From the NCBI GenBank assembly GCA_964552215.1, contig CAZKGD010000006.1, positions 5,871 through 69,870 of the forward strand: a stretch of 64,000 nt of DNA, in the 5' to 3' direction. Below the pieces are notes generated by a model that saw only the letters and a list, made by a program, of their open reading frames with translations, had not been told where the DNA came from and searched no databases. Below are positions 58,335-64,000 of the stretch, one piece after another; position 1 is the first letter of the stretch, and each line of letters begins with the position of its first letter. This stretch comes from an uncultured Caldimonas sp. (lineage in GTDB: Bacteria > Pseudomonadota > Gammaproteobacteria > Burkholderiales > Burkholderiaceae_C). The translations under genes were made by a program, and so were the position numbers.

Positions 58335-59471
58335 TCAGACGATCGTGAGGTGTTCAGTGCCCGCGGCCAGATCGGCGTTGCGGGCGCGGGCGCTGTTGAG
58401 CTTGATCTGCAGGCGCAGGTCGTTGACCGAGTCGGCGTTGCGCAGCGCGTCCTCGTAGGTGACGGTGTTGCTCTCGTAGAGATCGAAGAGCGACTGGTCG
58501 AAGGTCTGCATGCCCAGCTCGCGGCTCTTCTTCATGATCTCCTTGATCTCGGCGACCTCGCCCTTGAAGATCAACTCCGAGATCAGCGGCGTGTTCAGCA
58601 GGATCTCGACGGCAGCAGCCCGGCCCTTGCCCTCCTGGCGGGGCAGCAGACGCTGCGAGACCATGGCCTTGAGGTTCAGCGACAGGTCCATCAGCAGCTG
58701 GGCGCGGCGCTCTTCGGGGAAGAAGTTGATGATGCGGTCCAGGGCCTGGTTGGAGCTGTTGGCGTGCAGCGTGGCCATGCACAGGTGGCCGGTCTCGGCG
58801 AAGGCCACGGCATGCTCCATGGTCTCGCGGTCGCGGATCTCGCCCATCAGGATCACGTCGGGCGCCTGGCGCAGCGTGTTCTTCAGCGCCTGCTCCCAGC
58901 CATCGGTGTCCAGGCCCACCTCGCGCTGCGTGACGATGCAGTTCTTGTGCGGATGCACGAACTCGACCGGATCCTCGATGGTGATGATGTGGCCGTGCGA
59001 GTTCTCGTTGCGGTAGTCGACCATCGCCGCCAGCGTGGTGCTCTTGCCCGAGCCGGTGGCACCCACCATGATGACCAGCCCGCGCTTGGTCATCGCCACT
59101 TCCTTGAGGATGTAGGGCAGGCCCAGGCTGTCGATGGTGGGCAGTGTCTGGGGAATGACCCGCATCACCAGGCCGACCTGGCCCTGCTGCACGAAGGCAT
59201 TCACCCGGAAGCGCCCAATGCCTTGCGGGGCCACGGCGAAGTTGCACTCCTTCGTGCGCTCGAACTCCGCCGCCTGCTTGTCGTTCATGATGGCTCGCGC
59301 CAGGGCCATGGTGTGCTGGCCCGTGAGGGGCTGGGGCGACACCTTGGTGACCTTGCCGTCCACCTTGATGGCGGGGGGGAATTCGGCCGTGAGGAAGAGG
59401 TCGGACCCGTTGCGCGCCACCATCAGGCGCAGCAGGTCATTGACGAACTTGGAGGCTTGGTCTCGTTCCAT
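58335..59471 (-). CDS. pilU: Type IV pilus retraction ATPase PilU
   Basis: GATGSGKSTT, LRQAPDVILMGEIRD and ALDRIINFFPE motifs. Confidence 0.95.
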   Translation of the reverse strand: MERDQASKFVNDLLRLMVARNGSDLFLTAEFPPAIKVDGKVTKVSPQPLTGQHTMALARAIMNDKQAAEFERTKECNFAVAPQGIGRFRVNAFVQQGQVGLVMRVIPQTLPTIDSLGLPYILKEVAMTKRGLVIMVGATGSGKSTTLAAMVDYRNENSHGHIITIEDPVEFVHPHKNCIVTQREVGLDTDGWEQALKNTLRQAPDVILMGEIRDRETMEHAVAFAETGHLCMATLHANSSNQALDRIINFFPEERRAQLLMDLSLNLKAMVSQRLLPRQEGKGRAAAVEILLNTPLISELIFKGEVAEIKEIMKKSRELGMQTFDQSLFDLYESNTVTYEDALRNADSVNDLRLQIKLNSARARNADLAAGTEHLTIV

Positions 59472-59481
59472 GGATGGGTCC

Positions 59482-60129
59482 TCAGCCGCGCGACAGCAGC
59501 GCACTCAGGCGTGCACTGACCTGCCGCAGGCGCAATGACAGTCGCCGCGCCAGCGAGGCCAGCAAGGCCAGCCCCAGGCGCGGTTCCTGCATGATCATCT
59601 GGTCGAGCCCCTGGGCATCGACGACAGCCAGCACACACGGGGTGAGTGTGGTGCAGGCGGAAAAACGCGACCCCGCGTCGAGCAGCGACATCTCGCCCAG
59701 CATGTCCCCAGGGCGGGCCTCGGCCAGTCGCGCACGCGCCCCCCAGGGCTGGATGCGATCGACGGCGATGCTGCCTTCCAGCACGATGAGCATGTAGTCG
59801 CCCTGCTCGTCCTGGCCGATGATTTCCTGGTTCGCCGGCACGTCGACGAAGTTCAGGTACTGGCTCATGCGTTCGAGGTCGGCTGGGCTGAGCGAGGCCA
59901 CGTAACGGTCCACGCCCCACAGCCTGGCGAACTTCCGGGCGCCCTCGGCGCGGTCATGCTCACGCGCACCGATCTCGGCGGCCCGCTCGCGCCAGGACGT
60001 GTGCGTCACCGGGTCGTCTCTGTCCTGGAACATGGTCGAGAAGAAGCGCGAGTCATCCTCCGGCGTCCCGCCCGGCTCGTCCGGCGCGGCACTTGCAACG
60101 CCCTTGAGCTTGTCGATGAGCTTCTTCAT
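59482..60129 (-). CDS. Cyclic-nucleotide-binding domain protein without a DNA-binding domain
   Basis: GDMLGEMSLLD...RFSAC phosphate-binding cassette. Confidence 0.88.
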   Translation of the reverse strand: MKKLIDKLKGVASAAPDEPGGTPEDDSRFFSTMFQDRDDPVTHTSWRERAAEIGAREHDRAEGARKFARLWGVDRYVASLSPADLERMSQYLNFVDVPANQEIIGQDEQGDYMLIVLEGSIAVDRIQPWGARARLAEARPGDMLGEMSLLDAGSRFSACTTLTPCVLAVVDAQGLDQMIMQEPRLGLALLASLARRLSLRLRQVSARLSALLSRG

Positions 60130-60163
60130 GTGGTCACGCTGCGCACCGCCTGCTGCCCGGACT

Positions 60164-61207
60164 TCAGCCCGGGAAGTTTTCCGGGAACTTGGCCTTGGCG
60201 CGCGCCTCGGCCGGCGAGATCACGTTGCGCCGCACCAGGTCGGTCAGGCACTGGTCCAGCGTCATCATGCCCTGGCTGTTGCCGGTCTGGATGGCCGAGT
60301 ACATCTGGGCGATCTTGTTTTCGCGGATGAGGTTGCGCACGGCCGAGGTGCCCAGCATGATCTCGTGCGCGGCCACGCGGCCAGAGCCGTCTTTCAGCTT
60401 GCACAGTGTCTGCGAGATCACGGCCACGAGCGACTCCGACAGCATCGCGCGCACCATGTCCTTCTCGGCGGCCGGGAAGACGTCGACGATGCGGTCGATG
60501 GTCTTGGCCGCGCTCGAGGTGTGCAGCGTGCCGAACACCAGGTGGCCGGTTTCCGCCGCCGTGAGCGCGAGGCGGATGGTCTCCAGGTCACGCATCTCGC
60601 CCACGAGGATGGCGTCCGGGTCTTCACGCAGCGCCGAGCGCAGCGCGTTGTTGAAGCTCAGCGTGTGCGGGCCGACCTCGCGCTGGTTGACCAGGCACTT
60701 CTTCGACTCGTGCACGAACTCGATCGGGTCCTCCACCGTGAGCACGTGGCCGTACTCGTTCTCGTTGAGGTGGTTGACCATGGCCGCCAGCGTGGTGGAC
60801 TTGCCCGAGCCCGTGGGCCCGGTCACCAGCACCAGGCCGCGCGGCTTGAGCGCCAGCTCGGCGAACACCTTGGGCGTGTTGAGCTGCTCGAGCGTGAGGA
60901 TCTTGGAGGGAATGGTCCGGAACACGGCGCCGGCGCCGCGGTTCTGGTTGAAGGCATTGACGCGGAAGCGCGCCAGGCCCTGGATCTCGAAGGAGAAGTC
61001 GCACTCGAGCGTCTCTTCGTAGGCCTTGCGCTGGGCATCGTTCATGATGTCGTACACCATGTCGTGCACGTTCTTGTGCTCGAGCGGGTCGACGTTGATG
61101 CGTCGCACGTCGCCGTGCACACGGATCATGGGGGGCAAGCCGGCGGACAGGTGAAGGTCCGATGCCTTGTTCTTGACCGAGAACGCCAGCAGTTGCGTGA
61201 TGTCCAT
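60164..61207 (-). CDS. pilT: Type IV pilus retraction ATPase PilT
   Basis: MDITQLLAF, GPTGSGKSTT, ALREDPD and AVRNLIRE motifs. Confidence 0.97.
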   Translation of the reverse strand: MDITQLLAFSVKNKASDLHLSAGLPPMIRVHGDVRRINVDPLEHKNVHDMVYDIMNDAQRKAYEETLECDFSFEIQGLARFRVNAFNQNRGAGAVFRTIPSKILTLEQLNTPKVFAELALKPRGLVLVTGPTGSGKSTTLAAMVNHLNENEYGHVLTVEDPIEFVHESKKCLVNQREVGPHTLSFNNALRSALREDPDAILVGEMRDLETIRLALTAAETGHLVFGTLHTSSAAKTIDRIVDVFPAAEKDMVRAMLSESLVAVISQTLCKLKDGSGRVAAHEIMLGTSAVRNLIRENKIAQMYSAIQTGNSQGMMTLDQCLTDLVRRNVISPAEARAKAKFPENFPG

Positions 61208-61287
61208 GTCCCCTCTGGGCCCCCGTGTGGTTGTGCGCCTTGTGTGCGCCTGTGAAGAGCGGCGTTGTGCCTTAAGCTCGCGCCATT

Positions 61288-61974
61288 ATGGCGACGATCC
61301 CTGAGAACATACAACAAGTGAGGGACCGCATCGCAGCGGCCTGTGCAAGCGCGCAACGCGACGTGCAAAGTGTCACGCTGCTGGCGGTCAGCAAGACCTT
61401 CGGGCCCGACGCGGTGCGCCAGGCGCTGGCAGCAGGCCAGGGCCGCTTTGGCGAGAACTACGTGCAGGAGGCGCTCGACAAGATCGCCGCCCTGTCCGAT
61501 GTGCGGGCGCAGCTGGAGTGGCATCTGATCGGACCGCTGCAGAGCAACAAGACACGCGCCGTGGCCGAGCACTTCGACTGGGTGCATTCCGTGGACCGGC
61601 TGAAGATCGCGCAGCGCCTGTCCGATCAGCGCCCCACCCACCTGCCACCCCTGCAGGTGTGCCTGCAGGTGAACATCAGCGGCGAGGCCAGCAAGAGTGG
61701 CCTGCCCCCTGCCGAGGTGCCTGGGGTGGCCCGGGCCGTGGCCGGCCTGCCGGGCCTGCGACTGCGCGGCCTGATGGCCATTCCCGAACCCGCGGGCGAC
61801 CAGGAGGCCCAGCGCCGCCCGCACCGCGCGCTGCGCGAGCTGCTGGCCGGGCTGCAGGTGCAGGGCCTGGACGTAGACACACTGTCCATGGGCATGAGCG
61901 CCGACCTGGAGGCCGCCGTCCTCGAAGGCGCCACGATCGTGCGCGTGGGGACCGCCATCTTCGGGCAGCGCTGA
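61288..61974 (+). CDS. yggS: PLP-binding protein YggS
   Basis: LLAVSK, FGENYVQE, HLIGPLQSNK and LSMGMS motifs. Confidence 0.95.
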   Translation: MATIPENIQQVRDRIAAACASAQRDVQSVTLLAVSKTFGPDAVRQALAAGQGRFGENYVQEALDKIAALSDVRAQLEWHLIGPLQSNKTRAVAEHFDWVHSVDRLKIAQRLSDQRPTHLPPLQVCLQVNISGEASKSGLPPAEVPGVARAVAGLPGLRLRGLMAIPEPAGDQEAQRRPHRALRELLAGLQVQGLDVDTLSMGMSADLEAAVLEGATIVRVGTAIFGQR

Positions 61975-62457
61975 TCAGATCGGCAGGCGGGCGGTGTTCT
62001 TCACCTCTTCCATGACGGCATAGGTGTGCGTCTCGCGCACGCCGGGCAGCGACCACACCACGGTGCCGATCAGTTCACGGTAGGCCTGCATGTCGGCCAC
62101 GCGGGTCTTGATGAGGTAGTCGAACCCACCGGCCACCAGATGGCACTCGAGGATCTCGGGCCGCGTCTGCACCGCGGCCTTGAAGGCATTCATCACATCG
62201 GGCGTGGTGCGGTCGAGCACCACCTCCACGAAGACCATCATGCCCGCGCCCAGCAGATGCGGGTTGAGCCGCGCCTCGTAGCCCAGGATGTAGCCGTCGC
62301 GCGTGAGGCGCTTGACGCGCTCCAGCACCGCCGTGGGCGACAGGTGCACCGCCTCGGCCAGCTTGAGGTTGGCGATGCGGCCGTCTTCCTGCAGGATGCG
62401 CAGGATCTTGCGGTCGATCTTGTCGAGGCTGCGCGGGCTGTCGTCGTCGGGCTTCAT
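61975..62457 (-). CDS. Lrp/AsnC family regulator (PutR/Lrp-like)
   Basis: LDKIDRKIL..LQEDGR, ECHLVAGGFDY and THTYAVMEEVK motifs. Confidence 0.92.
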   Translation of the reverse strand: MKPDDDSPRSLDKIDRKILRILQEDGRIANLKLAEAVHLSPTAVLERVKRLTRDGYILGYEARLNPHLLGAGMMVFVEVVLDRTTPDVMNAFKAAVQTRPEILECHLVAGGFDYLIKTRVADMQAYRELIGTVVWSLPGVRETHTYAVMEEVKNTARLPI

Positions 62458-62561
62458 GCGGGAGATTCGGCGGTGTTGCCACCACTGGATGGTGAATCAT
62501 CCTAAGGTTTTCCCGGCATACTAGCAAGTGATCCAGCCAACAACGCCGCAGAGGAGTCCCC

Positions 62562-63269
62562 ATGCCCCACCCCGTCCACGCCCGATGGATCGAACTGCCC
62601 CAGGGCGCAGGCGCCTCGCAGGCCGCCTACCTGGCGGTGCCGCCGGGCGGCTCGGGGCCGGGGCTGCTGCTGTACCAGGAGATCTTTGGCGTCAACGAGC
62701 ACATCCGCACGGTGGCCGACCAGTACGCCCTGGCCGGCTTCGTCGTGCTGGCGCCGGACATCTTCTGGCGCCAGACCCCGCGGGTCGAGCTGGGCTATGA
62801 GGGCGCCGACATGCAGCGCGCCCGTGAGCTCCTGAACGGCCTGGACCGCCAGCACCTGCTGGCCGACATCGCCCTGCACGTGGGTGCGCTGCGCCAGCGC
62901 CCGGAAGTCACCGGCAAGGTGGCTGCGCTCGGCTATTGCATGGGCGGGCGCCTGGCCTATCTGGCCGCAGCCACCACCGACGTGGACGCGGCCGTCGGCT
63001 ACTACGGCGGCGGCATCCAGGACCAGCTCGAGCTGGCCTCGCGCATCCGCTGCCCGCTGATGCTGCACTATGGCGAAACCGACGGCCACATTCCGCTGGA
63101 GTCCGTGGAGCAGGTGCGCAAGGCGGTGGCCGCGTCGCGGTCGGAGGTGTTCGTCTACCCCGGCGCCGGACATGGCTTCAACTGCTGGGCACGCGCCTCC
63201 TACCATGCACCGTCTGCGGCGCTGGCCCACGCCCGCAGCCTGCACCTGCTGGCCACCGCCCTCTTCTGA
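62562..63269 (+). CDS. Dienelactone hydrolase family protein
   Basis: QEIFGVN, GYCMGG and YPGAGHGF motifs. Confidence 0.92.
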   Translation: MPHPVHARWIELPQGAGASQAAYLAVPPGGSGPGLLLYQEIFGVNEHIRTVADQYALAGFVVLAPDIFWRQTPRVELGYEGADMQRARELLNGLDRQHLLADIALHVGALRQRPEVTGKVAALGYCMGGRLAYLAAATTDVDAAVGYYGGGIQDQLELASRIRCPLMLHYGETDGHIPLESVEQVRKAVAASRSEVFVYPGAGHGFNCWARASYHAPSAALAHARSLHLLATALF

Positions 63270-63281
63270 TCCGGACACTGC

Positions 63282-64000
63282 ATGAACACCACCTCTTCCG
63301 TGCTGGCCTTCATTGGCGGCGGCAACATGGCCCAGGCCATCCTCGGCGGCCTGCTTCGTGCCGGCCACCGCCCGGCCGACCTGCTGGTCGTGGAGCCCTG
63401 GGCCGAGCAGCGCGAGCGCCTGCAGCGTGAACTGGGCCTGGCGCCGCTGGCCGCGGCCGGCCCCGAGCTGGCGCGTGCCGGCACCGTGGTCTGGGCCGTC
63501 AAGCCCCAGCTCTTCAAGGAAGCCGCCGCCCCCTGCGCGGCGCACGTGGGGAGTGCCCTGCACCTGAGCGTGATGGCCGGCATTCGCACCGAGGCCCTGG
63601 TGCAGGCCACCGGCAGCGCCCGGGTGGTGCGCGCCATGCCCAACACGCCGGCGCTCATCGGCCAGGGCATCTCGGGCCTGTACGCCCGGCCGGAAGTCAG
63701 CGCGGCAGAACGCCAGGCCATCGAGGCGCTGCTGGCGCCCACGGGGACGAGCCTGTGGGTGGCTCACGAAGCCGATCTGGACGCCGTCACCGCGCTGTCG
63801 GGCTCGGGCCCCGCCTATGTGTTCTATTTCGTGGAAGCCATGATGGCCGCCGCCCAGGACATGGGCCTGAGCGCCGAGCAGGGCAAGCAGCTGGCGCTGG
63901 CCACGTTTGCCGGCGCCTCGGAGCTGGCCCGCCGCTCGGAAGACCCTCCCTCGGTGCTGCGCGAGCGCGTCACCTCCAAGGGGGGCACCACCCATGCGGC
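63282..64000 (+). CDS. proC: Pyrroline-5-carboxylate reductase, 3' end truncated by the window edge
   Basis: Read directly from the sequence: MNTTSSVLAFIGGGNMA, AVKPQ, RAMPNTP, SGSGPAY and VTSKGGTT. Confidence 0.93.
   Translation, partial: MNTTSSVLAFIGGGNMAQAILGGLLRAGHRPADLLVVEPWAEQRERLQRELGLAPLAAAGPELARAGTVVWAVKPQLFKEAAAPCAAHVGSALHLSVMAGIRTEALVQATGSARVVRAMPNTPALIGQGISGLYARPEVSAAERQAIEALLAPTGTSLWVAHEADLDAVTALSGSGPAYVFYFVEAMMAAAQDMGLSAEQGKQLALATFAGASELARRSEDPPSVLRERVTSKGGTTHA

Overview
High-GC bacterial chromosomal segment. Gene content and order (lplT-alr...radA-ilvE; rlpA-rsmI-yraN-gmhA-BON; pilU-cNMP-pilT-yggS...proC) look like a Burkholderiales betaproteobacterium of the Comamonadaceae/Rubrivivax-Caldimonas type, which is an inference. 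About 65 genes are supported, plus tRNA-Arg(CCG). They include the 3' part of an RTX protein, a WYL regulator converging on two photolyase-family genes, a dpp/opp-type ABC operon with two extra secreted-protein genes, an amidase and a TTC38-like gene, a compact Pil-Chp-like chemosensory cluster, a hybrid histidine kinase, an XRE-cupin-methyltransferase fusion ahead of azlCD, an ECF sigma/RskA/DUF3455 unit with a recognisable promoter, and a BLUF gene directly behind the tRNA. No integrase, transposase, prophage or CRISPR array was seen. The two best leads are: (1) two translationally coupled photolyase-family proteins, one with inverted NewPHL-like architecture, that both carry a C-terminal QxDLF motif resembling a beta-clamp-binding motif and sit next to a WYL sensor; (2) the 667-aa XRE-cupin-SAM methyltransferase fusion with its own operator-like palindrome and exporter. 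All calls come from reading the sequence and recalling family motifs; no searches were run. Start codons were often reassigned from the ORF track.
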